Below are positions 24,851 to 37,400 of a stretch of 64,000 nucleotides of DNA, piece after piece. Below the pieces are notes generated by a model. That model saw nothing but the letters and a program-made list of their open reading frames with translations. It was not told the origin of the DNA and did no database searches. Where the stretch lies: NCBI GenBank assembly GCA_977862235.1, contig OZ374557.1:3968001-4032000 (forward strand). Reading direction: 5' to 3'. Position 1 is the stretch's first letter. Each line of letters starts with the position of its first letter. The translations under genes and the position numbers were made by a program. The DNA comes from Dudresnaya verticillata (Eukaryota).

Positions 24851-27547
24851 TTCAAAGATCTTACGGAACATTTCCACCACCTGAAGGAGGTCCTTATGCT
24901 TTTACGATCCGCTGGGGTAACGTTGAAATTGTCAAAGTGTGACTTCTTCAACGCGTCTGTACAATACCTGGGGCATGTTATCCGTCCCGGAAAATTAGAA
25001 GTGGATAATCGGAATATCCAATCCGTTAAGGTCGCGAAGCCACCGACTAACCAAACGGAATTATGATCCTTCTTGGGAATGTGCAACGTGTATCTTCGCT
25101 TTGTACCCAACTTCGCTCGGATCTCAGCACCGCTGAATAAGAAAACCGTCAAGGGCTCACCCTTTGAGTTTGGTATATTATCCGATACGGAATATGAAGC
25201 CTTCGAGGAACTGAAGAGACGCCTTATCTCTCCACCTATATTGGCTCTACCCCGTCACGGATATAAATATACGTTGGACACTGACGCAAGTGACTATCAA
25301 GTCGGCTGTGTCCTTCTGCAGGAACAACCGAATGGCGATCACCTCCCTATTGGATACTGGAGCCGAAGCCTCACCGATGCGGAGAAAAATTATACTACAA
25401 CCGAAAAGGAATGCTTAGCCGTGGTCTGGAGCATGTTGACACTCCGACCATACCTTTACGGTGACAAGTTTATTCTCCGAACGGATCACGATGCCCTGCG
25501 GTGGATCCTGAACCTCGCAGACTCATCTGGCCGCCTAGCCAGGTGGAGGCTCCGCCTATCGGAATTTGAGTTTGAGGTGCAATACCGTCAGGGAATTAAG
25601 CATCAACTCGCCGATGGGATGTCACGACTCCGAACGGATGGCGGTGACGATAGACCTTTGGATGAAGAGATACCCTGCTTTGTCGCCGAAAATACCGTCG
25701 ACGGATTTTATGAGCATGGAGTTTATTTAACCGATTGGGCCACATCACAAGAAACCGCTACGGAAAATAACATAATATGCGCCGTGGAGCCCGCCAGTGG
25801 AAGTGCATCCGCTTCCCCTGACAAGCCCGACGCAATACCGTCACGGTTTACTGTAATCCAAGAATCCGACGTTAAGGATGAGACCATAACCAGGGAGGAG
25901 TTCCTCGAGGCGCAAGCCCGAGACCCTTTCTGTCGTCTCAAATCCGATACGGTAGGCTCCCGTGGATCTCAATTTGACTATGACCGTAACGGATTCTTGG
26001 TACGCAAGTCCCAATTGGACGGTGCACTGTAGAAGGTGGTGCCAAGCGAACGCCGTGGACGGGTATTGTATTTATCCCACTACACCCTGATGTCGGGTCA
26101 CCCAGGTGGAATTAAGATGTATTATACACTCCGACAGTATTATTATTGGCCTCATATGGCCAACGATATATTTGAATCCGTTCGGAAATGTCGCTCCTGC
26201 GTGAAGACGAAGGGAACCCGCTTTCGGAATCAAAGGTTTATGAAACTTTTCCCCGCTAGCGGACCTTTGGAGTTTGTCGCTATCGACATCCTCGGTCCAC
26301 TTCTGAAGACAAAACGGGGTTATGTCTACGTTTTGGTAATAACCGATCGGTTCTCTAAGCTGACGCGCTGTATTCCGTTACGGACAACAACAGCCGTTGT
26401 GGTGGCTAAAGACTTTCTGGACTTTTGGGTTTATGCGTATGGCGCACCCCAATTTGTCCTAACCGATAACGGACCGCAGTTTACAGCTAAGTTCTTTGAC
26501 GCGGTGTGTTCCTTACTCGGAGTCAGGCATCTACTCACCGCTGCCTACCATCCGCAGACCACTGGGCAAGCCGAGCGATTTAATAAGACAATCGCGCAGC
26601 GTTTGCGCCATTACGTTGAGGATCATCACTCCGATTGGGATTGATACCTGCAACCGTTGACGTATGCGTACAACATGCAGGTACACCGTATTACGGAAAT
26701 AACACCATTTGATTTGGTGCTGACACGCCACCCATCGGACATTGTTGTACGAGGGGCTCCTGTCGAGCATCAAGAAACCGTTGCGGAAGGGCGTATGACT
26801 CCGGTGCTACAGAAGTGGAGCGCCATGCGCCGTTTACGGTATGCGCTGCAGACAGCGCGCACGAAGCAGACAGTGGCTCAGGAAAAAGCCAAGGCACTGT
26901 TTGACCGTAAGGTGCGCTTTAGGCCTATAATCCGTAACGGAGATCAAGTGTATGTCGACCGGCCGCCCCATAATTTGCGGCCTGCCGAACGCCGTGAACG
27001 GGACCGATTGGAAGGGAAACCAGATGATGTAGGCGAGGTGGCTCAGGAAATGAAGAAACTCCTTCCGAGAGCCACGGGGCCTTATGAAGTGGAATCCGCA
27101 ACGGAACATGTAGTTACAATCCGCAAGGAAGGGGTATTGTTCCCAGTAAGTATCGATCGCATCACGAAGGTTCCGATCGGAGTTGCGGTTCAGCCGGCAC
27201 CCTTAACAGTGCCGCCTGTCACGCCATCAACCGTCTACGGAGAAGTAGTACCACATCCAGAAGGTACTACAGTAGTCCCTCCTTCTGAAGGTACTACTCC
27301 CTCCGCGACGGAACCACTGCAAGCCGATACGGAATATGTGATCGACAAGATTGTCGGTCACCGCGACGAACCTACTGAGATGACATACAAAGTCCGCTGG
27401 TATGGTTACCCTCCGGATCAGGAAACTTTTGAGCCCGCGGAGGAGTTGCCGCAGAATTTCATCTACCGGTATTGGAAGCAAAAGAAGAGAACATCCGCTA
27501 AGGGTAAACCACGGCAACGTGCTAATCCAACACGTCACTCACCGTAA
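24851..27547 (+). pseudogene. E3 pol remnant (RT C-terminal half, RNase H, integrase, chromodomain)
   Basis: One frame with stops at 25064, 26030 and 26642; chromodomain EYVIDKIVGH..YKVRWYGYPPDQETFEPAEEL. Confidence 0.92.
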
Positions 27548-27769
27548 CGGACAGCTGGAGTCCTGGGGTATGAAAACGCACAATGTTTATCGCAAGCTAA
27601 GATCGAGGCATAATGGAAACCGTTAAGGAGATCGTCGAACTGTAACTCTAAGAGTTAAGTCGACGCGTTTCGGAGTAGGGGCAACTGTATCTTCCTCGTT
27701 GCTCCCCTGACCCGTTCGTAAGCCGGGTTCCCCACTCGGATCCGATTGGACTACGCGCTGCGTATTGTC

Positions 27770-30496
27770 TCATGAGACGCGAATCGCACTATCCATGCGC
27801 CGACGCTGACGACGGACCACTGGGCGGAGATGAATCACCTTCTCCATCAGCCCCTCCGCTAAGGTTAGCACTTCCTGAATGGATCCTGGCAACGGGAAGC
27901 GCTGCGTACGGCAAATGCCCCGTAGCACCTGTAACCCACTTTCCGTAGCGGCTAGATGAGCCGGAACCGTAACGGGGGGATCCTCATCTTCTTGAAACTC
28001 TTCCTTCGGGGAGATCGACGGCTTACCCCTAACTCCGGCTTCGAGTGAATGCTCCGTTGAGGAAACCACCAATACGGATGGTCCCGACTCGGGTGAAGGT
28101 ACGTCCTTCCGCAGCGGTGGATTCGTGTCCTTCTCTGGCGAGGCGATATCGCTTTTCCGTAACGGTTCAGGACTTGACGCGAGAACCGAGGGCTTCTCTC
28201 CAGTTGCCCCAACACGTAGGCCCTTTGCAGCCACTTCCGCTACGGTGAACGGTGCCTCACTCCCCGCTGGTGTGGGAGTGGGCGCCAACAGCGGAGCACT
28301 TGGCGGGGGCGGTTCAGCGGCGGCAGGCATTTGCGTCGCAGGAGATAGTGCCGCCGGCACAGTATCCGGCGCCACTTCCGAAACGGTCTGCTCCTTTGAG
28401 GCCCCCTTTTCGGATGGTGCCGCAGGCTTGGGCACCGCCATGGTCGGCGCAACCACCCCTATGGGCGTTGGGGCCTTATCCGATACGGGAGTAGTAGTCT
28501 CACGATCCACATCGCGCGACGTGGGTGTCGCGACTACCGGAAGGATTGGAGTGGAGGTATTCTCGCTACCTGCTGCCATTGATGCGACGGGCATGACCTC
28601 CTCCTCTTCTTCCAAGAAGGGGTCAGCTTCTTGCTGCTTCACCGTAACGGAATCGCGCGGGTCGATTGTACGCGAACGCCCCGCTGTCTCGTGACAGCTC
28701 CCCCAATCTTCAGCCCCGTCCAAACCGTCACGGTACGCATCCCTTGGTGCTTGGTGAGGGGCATTGCCCTGGTGGGCCTGCAACTCTAAGGCCAACCATT
28801 CCGGACGCGGATCTTCCCGATGAAGGAAATATGGCTCACCCACTCCGGGCCTAAGCGGGGGCACCGATAGGACACGGTCCTCATCCCAACTATACCCCAA
28901 GAAGCCCGGAGTGCGTTGCCAATCCTGCTCTCCGTGTACGGATAAAAGACGCTCAACCCGATGGAGCGGGTACGCCGACCCCGTCACCAACTCGGCTACA
29001 CCGACTTGGCGAATCAGAGCGATCACCATCACGGGGAGTTGAAAGATACGGCCACAGTCCCCTCCGGGTAGGTCAGCATCATCACGCGGAAAGCAGCGCC
29101 AGTCGGATAACTTGGTATTGCACCGCACTCCGTAGTAGGCAACCTGGAGCCACGAAAATAGCACCAGCATTGCCCACTCCGATCGGAAGATGCGCCAAAG
29201 CACGTCGAGTTGATCTTGGATAGGGGGACGCTCTCCGTTCGGATGCTCGCGATTCCACTCCCGCTCCGTGAGCAGGTCCGCAGAAAAGTACGCCACCACA
29301 GACGGCGTAGGCACGGATAACCAACGAGTTACCTCGTATTTATCCCACCACGACGGAGCTGTGGGGTAGAGATCACGTCGCATCCGATACGGAAGATGGA
29401 AGAACTCCTTGGTCTTCCACGTGTGCAAGATGGGTGCCCCCACGTGCATTCCGTCTCGGTAACGCGTCCGCAATCGGTGCTCCGTCGCCGCATCGTCTTT
29501 CCACCCGTCGGCATAGCGGAACCAATACACCGATTGGTCATACGGTGGGTCGAAGCAGATAAACTGCACCCCGATCGGTGCACCCCGTAGATGGAACGCC
29601 CTGGCCAACAAGCGGCTCACCTTCGCGGTATACCCAACTTCTCCGTGGCAACGGTACCACAACAAATCCGAAACGGTAGTGGTGCGTTCTTGGCAGTAGC
29701 TGTGCACCCATCGGCTTTGCCACACAAACGCCCTCCGGTTGGGCACGAAACCAATTCGCTGGTTTGCCTTGAAGGGCTGCTCCTAAACGGCTTGGTAACG
29801 TCGCGCTTCCAAAACGGTTGGGTAACCCTCGATGAAGTATGAAACTGTCATCGGCGGTGTCACCTTCGCCCGTTCCGCGTCGGATCTCGCCGGGCGTCCA
29901 GCACGGTGGTCGAAATGATGGCCCGGCCAGTATCCACTTGGGGCAGGGCCCTCAACGCTACGGGTACGCGCCATCGGTATCCAAGAGCCTGCTGTAGGCG
30001 TCATGCTCCGCACTGGCACCCGCGACCGTTTTGGAGTGCTGCCTGACGGATATGGGCTCGCACCCATGCTCCGCATCGGCGTTGAGACTGGGGTCGATGG
30101 CGTTCGTAACGGAATCGCTGGTAGGTCCGCCAAGTTGAGCTCCTCACCACCACGTCGGACCTCCTCGTCGTCATCCTTGGTCGACTCTTCTCCGTCACAG
30201 TGGGTCGCTGTATTCCCAAACCGGGTGCTCCTTGTGGCTGGTCCGGCAGCAAACCGATTCGGATCGTAGACGGACCAGCCAGGGCCCGCTAATAGTGCCT
30301 GTGACGGTTCCGCTGCGGTAGCGTCCGCTCGACCACTCGTCGTGCGTGGTGCCACAACCGCCGAGGACGAGACCTGCGCTTGAGTCGAAGCATCCGTAAC
30401 GGTAGGCGCGCCCGGCGCTCTCGTCGCCGAGCTCGCGCAGGTACGCCGTGTCGGTTGAAAGGGGGAGGGGGAGCGCTTGCTCTTCTCCCCTGCCAT
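27770..30496 (-). pseudogene. Antisense accessory gene of E3, about 908 codons with one in-frame TAG (29783-29785); function unknown
   Basis: ORFs 29783..30874 and 27770..29746 are in the same frame; ATG at 30496 (MAGEKSKRS); motif-level homology to 42499+ and 58656+. Confidence 0.78.
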
Positions 30497-30625
30497 ATTG
30501 GAAGAAGGCGCACGCAGGAGAAGGAAAAGTTGAAGACTGTAGCCGTATCGGTGTGTGGGTGGGGAAGCGATGGCAATCCGTGACGGTGGGCGCCCGAGGG
30601 CGTGGCGCCATTTAAGGAGGGGGTC

Positions 30626-30960
30626 TGTGGTGAAGTGAGCCGTGGCGCGTATGCGGCACGCCGACGGCGAGCCATCCGTAACGGGTGATGTGGCAATACG
30701 CCACGCTGATGATCTGGCAACGTGTAACCGTGTCGGGTGTTGTGCGCATTGCTGTACGCTGGTACGCATTTCTGTACAGCAGTGTAGCGCACCAACCATA
30801 CCGGAGTATTTGTAGTATTTATTCTCTATTTTTAGTGAGTATCTGTACAGTGTGTAGAGTAGCGCGCCAGCCAATGAGAATGCTGCGCATGTCCGTGTCG
30901 GCGATTGGGACCAGCAGGGCCGATTCCACCATAGGATCAGACCACTAGGGTCTGGCCCCC
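30626..30960 (+). repeat. 3' LTR of E3 (LTR B, 5' part only)
   Basis: TGTGGTGAAGTGAG after the PPT; matches the reverse complement of 54681 downwards until cut by the insertion at 30961. Confidence 0.9.
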
Positions 30961-31464
30961 TGTAAGGAAGTGCCTTTTAGGTCTCTTGCGAGCTCAGAGA
31001 GTACAACCCCCCAAGAGTAACGCAGAGCGGATCCCCGGTAGCAGTGGTAGAGCGGAAGAACCCAGAACCGGACAGAAAAATTGTACCCTTAACGGAAGCA
31101 CGGCATCGTAACCGTTCACTGGGCGGGCGGTTAACCGGGCGCGGGTGACGAGTGCGCTTCGGTGGCGATGGCTTGGAAACGGGTTTGGGCCGGAAGGGTG
31201 CTTACCTTTACTGTGCAGTAGTTGCCGCAATGGTGCACCTTATATGGAAAAAGGCTACCGTCTGGGCCCCTGACACCGCTTCTGAGGACTATGTACAAGG
31301 CCCGCCTACACTACTAATAAATAATCATAAAATAACACTGGATGTGTCCCGAAATAGACCACTTGTCAGTTACCTGGAGGGTCACTTCAAATCTCGATCT
31401 CAGGCGCTATTCATCATCCTGGAATAGTTCCACGCCGCTTCTGCAAGCCTTTCACTGTATTACA
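30961..31464 (-). repeat. 3' LTR, diverged type A, inserted in LTR B
   Basis: Minus strand reads TGTAATACAGTGAAAGGCTTGCAGAAG...AAAAGGCACTTCCTTACA, like 19312-19830; preceded by PPT-like GGACGGGGG. Confidence 0.88.
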
Positions 31465-33400
31465 GAACCCCCGTCCAAGTTTGCGACACGTCCTCGTGTC
31501 GCCCCGGCGTGGGACGTAGAGAAATGTCACCAAATGGTTTGCAGCAGCTCTGTGAAAAGATCTCATTTGGACCAATTAGAACGTGCCAAGTCATTTGGAA
31601 ACAACCAATGAGCGTTTGACAATTGGCACGCATATTTATGCTCCCACGGCCAATCACAGACCCTGTGTGATGCCACGTGTACGTCACCGAAATGGTACTC
31701 CTCAACCCGGTGCCATGAAGGAACGCCTCCATCTGGTCAAGTCCTGTGCGGTCTTTTGCCCCCACCAGCCCAGAACTGCTCTGGTTATCGAAATTACCCT
31801 TCGCGGTTTCCAAAATGCTTTACCCTTTCGGCGGGAGGACGAGGCTACGCGCTGGACTGCGACGAGAACCAGGAAGGTTACCAATGTGGGTTAACGTCCA
31901 ACGAAGACCGCACACCGCCCGGGGCTCACGCGTTTGCGACACTTTGCGTTCCTGCGAAGGTTTCCGTCGTGCTCACCACCTTGGTTCCAGCCCCAATGGG
32001 AACCTCCGGAGCTTGGGAAGTCTCTCAGGTGTATCCCAAGCTCAGAGAGGTGGACCCCAGGGGTTTTCGCTTACGCGTTCGCGAACCATGGAGGTTCCCC
32101 AGCGTACGCGTTCTGAACGGTCCAGCACCTTTCCGAATACCATTTTGGTGACCCAACGTCACCGTCCAAGCGGAGGCTTACCATACGGAAAATCATCGTG
32201 GTTAACGGGAAACGTCTTCCAGAACGGTAATGACTTCAATAGTTACCATAAGCGGTTATCGAGACCAGTCCAATGTGGGGACCCAAATATCACTTGAGTA
32301 CAGTAACCATTTGGTCCATGGATAACCGTCTCGGTTAGTGAAGTCCTTTGGCCACAATGGTAGCGCACATGCGTACGTGAATACGTCAAAGTTCCACCTA
32401 GGGAAGATTTCCGGGTTACGACGAATACGAGAGCGTGGAGAAGCGTAACTTTCGCAGGTATCATCAACAAAAACTATTTAGGTCTATGACTTCTCGATTC
32501 CTTCCCACATACAGGGACGACTCTGAAAGGATACCGAAATAGGTTTGCCGAAATGGGGTAACTCAACCGCGTACACCCAGAAGCAGTTCCCAATTGAGAA
32601 TGGGGTCTCCAGAGCGGTACACATGAGTGGTGTCTCCAGAGCGGTACGCATGAGTCCATCAAGGTAAACGACGTGCGTTTTCTTCCCAAAGGGGTTATCT
32701 CCAGAAGAAACCAGAACGGCGGCCACTGGAAGAGCATCACTCCTTCCCAACCGAATTCGGTGATTCCTGAAGAGGCATTCCAAAAAGGTGACTCCTGCAG
32801 TCAACTGTCCTCGTGAACGCGGTATGGAACCTGTTAAGCAAGGTGTTCCCGATGGAGGACTGCCACAGACGGGACCGGGGTCCGGACCAAACGGTCCATC
32901 GCAAAAGGTTGTCGATACCAATTCGGTAACTACCTTCGAGCAGTGGCACCTGGGTTCAACACCACCAGTAAGGAACCCATTTGGGTTCAACCCTTGAAAA
33001 CCTAGGTTAAGAGCTCTTAGGGGTGAGAGAAATATCAGGAACCGTTTCGGTAAATGTGAAATCACTCAACATGCACACCTTATTCAGTTACCCGTGCTGA
33101 AACGTCTTCTACGAACCCAAAGCGGCTCATAAATACCAATCGTGGTCCCCAATATCATCATATCCAAATTTCCATCGTCGGCAACTTATTCTTGAGGTAA
33201 CTTGATCAGCCTTTCTTTTCAGATTCCAGTTTCCATTTCAGCAATCATCTATCCACTTGAACTGCTCATCTCCTTCAGCAATCTTATAACTGACAACAGA
33301 ATCCATAAAGGTGCTACTCGAGCATACTTCAATAGTGACCATTGTCTACTTGGTTTGATAGTCCGGATAGCGATCCATAAACGCAGTGTCTGTCTGGTGT
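31465..33400 (-). mobile_element. 3' internal region of a type-A element (no pol left); right boundary approximate
   Basis: Adjacent to the PPT and LTR; broken plus-strand ORFs; shares the CATCTATCCA motif with the E4 spacer. Confidence 0.55.
32601..32654. repeat. 27-bp tandem duplication
   Basis: TGGGGTCTCCAGAGCGGTACACATGAG / TGGTGTCTCCAGAGCGGTACGCATGAG. Confidence 0.9.
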
Positions 33401-33431
33401 AACCTCAACGGTACGGTACAGAACTCTCAGT

Positions 33432-33480
33432 TGTAAAGAACGCCACGAAAGTTACATGTAAAGAACTCCACGAAAGTTAC
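33432..33480. repeat. 25-bp tandem duplication
   Basis: TGTAAAGAACGCCACGAAAGTTACA / TGTAAAGAACTCCACGAAAGTTAC. Confidence 0.9.
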
Positions 33481-34426
33481 CCCCTGTTGATCCTGGTTAT
33501 GGCGACTATATAAGCGGTGGATTCCAAGACTGCAAGCAACTCTATGTTTTTTCTGTTGCGCAGTAACGAATTGCGAGAAGCAGGGGGCGCCCTTTTACAT
33601 TTTTCCGTGTGCCGTAGCAAATCCCGATCCCGTGTCCACACATAATACAGACAAGTGTTTGCTACGTGGCGTGAAGAGTAGAGCCTATGGCGGCGACATG
33701 TGTGTTCACGGGGTCTGTGGTCGCTGCGCTGGACTGTAATGCATTCGCAGCAGGTCCTTTCTAATTTAACATTGGGCGCACCACTGGCATTGTGCCAAGC
33801 CTCTTGAGGGGGGGTGGGGGGGGGGCACTATAGGTCGCTTGTTCCGACCGTCTCTCGTACCGTGGATAGCTGTCTGAGTCACCGCGAGCCACTCGACCAT
33901 TCCACATTACAGCGACGGCTACGAAAATACCATCGGCTACAAAAGGTAATTTGTATTTTTTTGCGTTTGACTTCGAGCGTCGCCTTGGAGTGTCCACACA
34001 CTGTGGGGGCCCACACAGCCCACAGCATCGCCAACTCTGTCCGCCGCGACGGGGCTATGAAAAGCAAAAAAAACCTTAATTTATTTCTCGACGCTGGCTG
34101 CCACCATTCTGCGATTCTCATTTCCATAAGAAGCCTCATCCTCCAGCCTTATCGTCGGCTGATGACTTCACTGCACAGCCACACTTAATAAGTTTTGCTG
34201 CGTTCTCGAGCACACACAGACATCTGCTCGAGGGTTGCGTTCGGTTCTTCACGACCTGTGTACCAGAAGTGCCCTACCAGCCCCTTTCCGCTGGCGAACA
34301 AGTTATCAACCTCGCCTGCATTCGTTCTCCAGCCCTACGCGTTGTGAGAACAGAGTTGTTGTTCTGGTGGTTCCAAGCCCGCTGCATTTCGACTAATACT
34401 GCAGCGGCACATGGCCATTGAGGCGT

Positions 34427-37400
34427 ATGGAGACGCGTGGGAGAGTGCGTGAAGCTCGTGCCAGCACCGAAGAAAATAGGGCTCTGACAGCAACTGCCGC
34501 AGGTAACGAGTCGAATTCGCCTTTGCGACGGCTTTCTGTTGGCAGGTCCAGGGGAAGGCAGCGGGTCGCCCAACGAAGCCCTTCTTTTCGTCTTACACGC
34601 GCCTCTGGACCGAGCTTGTCGGCCCGTGGGCCTTCTGCTGCAGGAGGTGCTCCGCTCGCGGTTGGTGCGGCCCGCGAGGTTGCTAACAGCACTAGAAGAC
34701 ATACGCCTGGTAGACGGCTGAGTGCTGCCGGCAGCCCTACTTTAGCTCAAGCAGACGGGCGGCAGAGGCGAAGACCCTCACAAGATATCACAACTACAGC
34801 GGCTGCCCGTACTTTGACAAGAAAAAGGACACGCTCCAATAGGAGAGGAAGTGAACGAGAACTAGGTGAGCCAGAGCCGCCCCCTTTTGCGAATCGATTT
34901 CCAACGTCCAGTGTGGTCCCACCTCCTACAACGACATCATCTGCCGTTCCGGTCGAGCTGACTGGCCGGCCCGCGAAGAGAGTGAGAGGTAATCTCCGAC
35001 GTTCGCGTCAGCAGAACTCCGCCTTGCGTCTTCCATCTCCAAGAACCATCGCAGGAGGAAGTTCTTCGAAGAGAGACACCCGAGACATGGAGTCGTCAGA
35101 GTCACGACAAGTTGAGGGTGAGGAACGATCAGATCATGTGGAGCAAAGGACCGCTCGAGACTTGGTCGGGACTGGTGAAAGTGACCGCGCAGGAGCGAAT
35201 GCGCTTCAGGGTTTACTGCGAAGGTTGGGGACCGATCTAGGTGATATTTTCCCTGGCACTGTAGGGTCGTCACATTCTCGCCTGCAGCAGCTCCGAGCAG
35301 CAATTTCTGCTCCGGATAACAGCGATCACGTTGTGGAGGCGTTGTCAGAGCTTTGTGAGTTCTTATCGGTGGGAACGGAAGAGTCCCTCGTGTCTTTTTC
35401 TGTTAACCTGTTTGTTGCACCGCTTGTTGGGTTACTTCGAACAGGAGGTAACATTGAGGTGAAGATCTACGCAGCTCGCGCCCTAACCAATATGATGGAA
35501 GCGCTGCCATCTTCTTCCTCTTCTATTGCCAACAGCGGAGCTGCTGCTCCTTTGTGTCAGAGCCTGTTGTCAATAGAGTACATCGATCTCGCAGAGCAGT
35601 CATTGTCGGCCTTGCACAAGTTGAGCGTGGATTACCCTCAGCATATCGTTCAAGCGAATGGTTTCCGTGCCGTACTTTCTTACATTGACTTTTTCTCTAT
35701 TGGAGTGCAGAGAGTTGCAGCCTCCACGGCTTGCAATTTATGCCGTCTTCCGCGAACCGAGACCGTTGAAATGATTTCTGATGTGTTGCCCACGATGATG
35801 CGACTGCTTGATTCTGAAGATCAGCGAATTCGTGAGTCGGCTGTTCTTGGATTCGCAAGGCTGGCGGATTCCTCTCGATCATCTTCGGTGAAGTTAGAGG
35901 CGTTATGTGGAGAGGAAGGCGGCCTAGTTGAAAAAGTACTGGGTTTGGTTGTGCCAGAAGCTCCCGCAGCTCTGTCGCCTCAGTCTTATTCATCTGCTCT
36001 CCGTCTCTTAGCTACATTGTCTCGTGGGAGCGCGGCGTTAGGTTTGCGGATTCTGTCATCTGAAGCTCTCCTACAAAGGTTGGAATCCAGGTTGTCCTCG
36101 GGGACTTCACTGTTTTTTGATGATTGTTTAGTTCTTGTCGACAGCTTGCTGCCGGATATTCGTGTGGCTGACGGGATCCAGGACAATGGTTCGAGGTCAT
36201 GGCGCAGACGGAGTATTGGAACTTCTACGGCGTTCGCGGCAGTTGACGCTAACAAGCGGGATGGGCTTGAGAATGATGCTGGGGCATTGAGAAGTTTCGG
36301 ATTCACTCTTTTCGGGACGCTCACCCATTGCTTTGCATCGTCTGCCGATTGCAGTGCACGAATGCTTTGTCTTTCTGTCTTGTCGAAGTTCATGGCTATT
36401 GCCCCTCGTGAAATTCTATTGGAAGTCGTTGGTGAGAGGAGTAACGCAAACACGCTTCAATCTTCGAATTCTAAACGCTTTTGTCCTTTTGTGGCGTCGC
36501 TTCTTGGAAGCAACAGCATGCAGAACGAAGTTCTAATAGGTCTAGCTGTGGCAGACTGTGCTCTTCAGAAAATTCCTCACTTGCGCAAATCGTTTGCCAG
36601 GGAAGGCATAGTGCACGATATCTGCCGCCTAGCAGCATACGACAGTGGTCTTGCAGATTGCTCCCTGCCGGTGGACACCGATGGGCGAGATTCTAGTGGG
36701 GCCGGTCTGGACCGTAATCCTGCAGTTGATGGCGTAGCTGCATCTCCTTCCAGGCTCTTTGATCAGTTGCTGTTGTCGATGGATTTGGTTCAACACAGTA
36801 TGACGCCTCGCGGGCGCAGCAGTGACATGGCACGGTCCCCGCACTCTGTAAACGCGGACTTTCGACATGCAGATTCAAAGACCATGCAAGGAATGATTAC
36901 TAGAGCCGCGCGGGCAGTATTGGCAAGACATCTGGGAGAGGGCGAGGACGACCAAGCGGAAGGGACAGCGTTTAGCAATTCAATCCTGGACGAGGTTGTT
37001 GAAGCTAGTCGTCTGCTGAAGTATGCGGTCTCACATCAGGATGAGAACAGCGGAAGGGAAGCCTTGAGAAAACTTGCACATCTTTTGACCTCTCCGGAGC
37101 GTTTGACGGTCTTTGAGGTCTCACGAAGTGGTCTTATTGAAGCATTGGCAGCGTACATGACATCTGGCGATCTTGGAGTGAGGAGGACACGACTGGCTTC
37201 GTTGTGCGAATACCTGAGTAGCGATGGTTCGTACCGTGCCTTCTCTGCCATTGTGGAATTGGTACTGGGTGTATTTTCTTTCGAAGAAAAGCTTGCCGTC
37301 CGTGCTCATGAGCCCAGTAGTGGTTCAAGCCATTACGTTGCTTCTGGATTGCGTCAACTAGCACAGTCTTTCAGACTAAGATTGCAGAAGGCAAGTGGTG

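Larger units (their letters stand above)
24851..30960 (+). mobile_element. E3: family-B gypsy element, starts mid-RT, 3' LTR interrupted
   Basis: pol near-identical to E2; antisense accessory ORF; PPT 30614-30623; LTR B from 30626. Confidence 0.92.

Noticed and set aside
29783..29785. Programmed readthrough of the in-frame TAG in the E3 antisense gene
   Set aside because: AV*EQPFKANQRIGF aligns by eye with RIWNRLMRTRVGI in E4, so the stop is most simply a TGG-to-TAG decay mutation; E3 pol has similar nonsense changes.
33432..33480. CRISPR-like or mini-LTR interpretation of the 25-bp repeats
   Set aside because: Only two adjacent units with no spacer, no cas genes, and a eukaryotic context.
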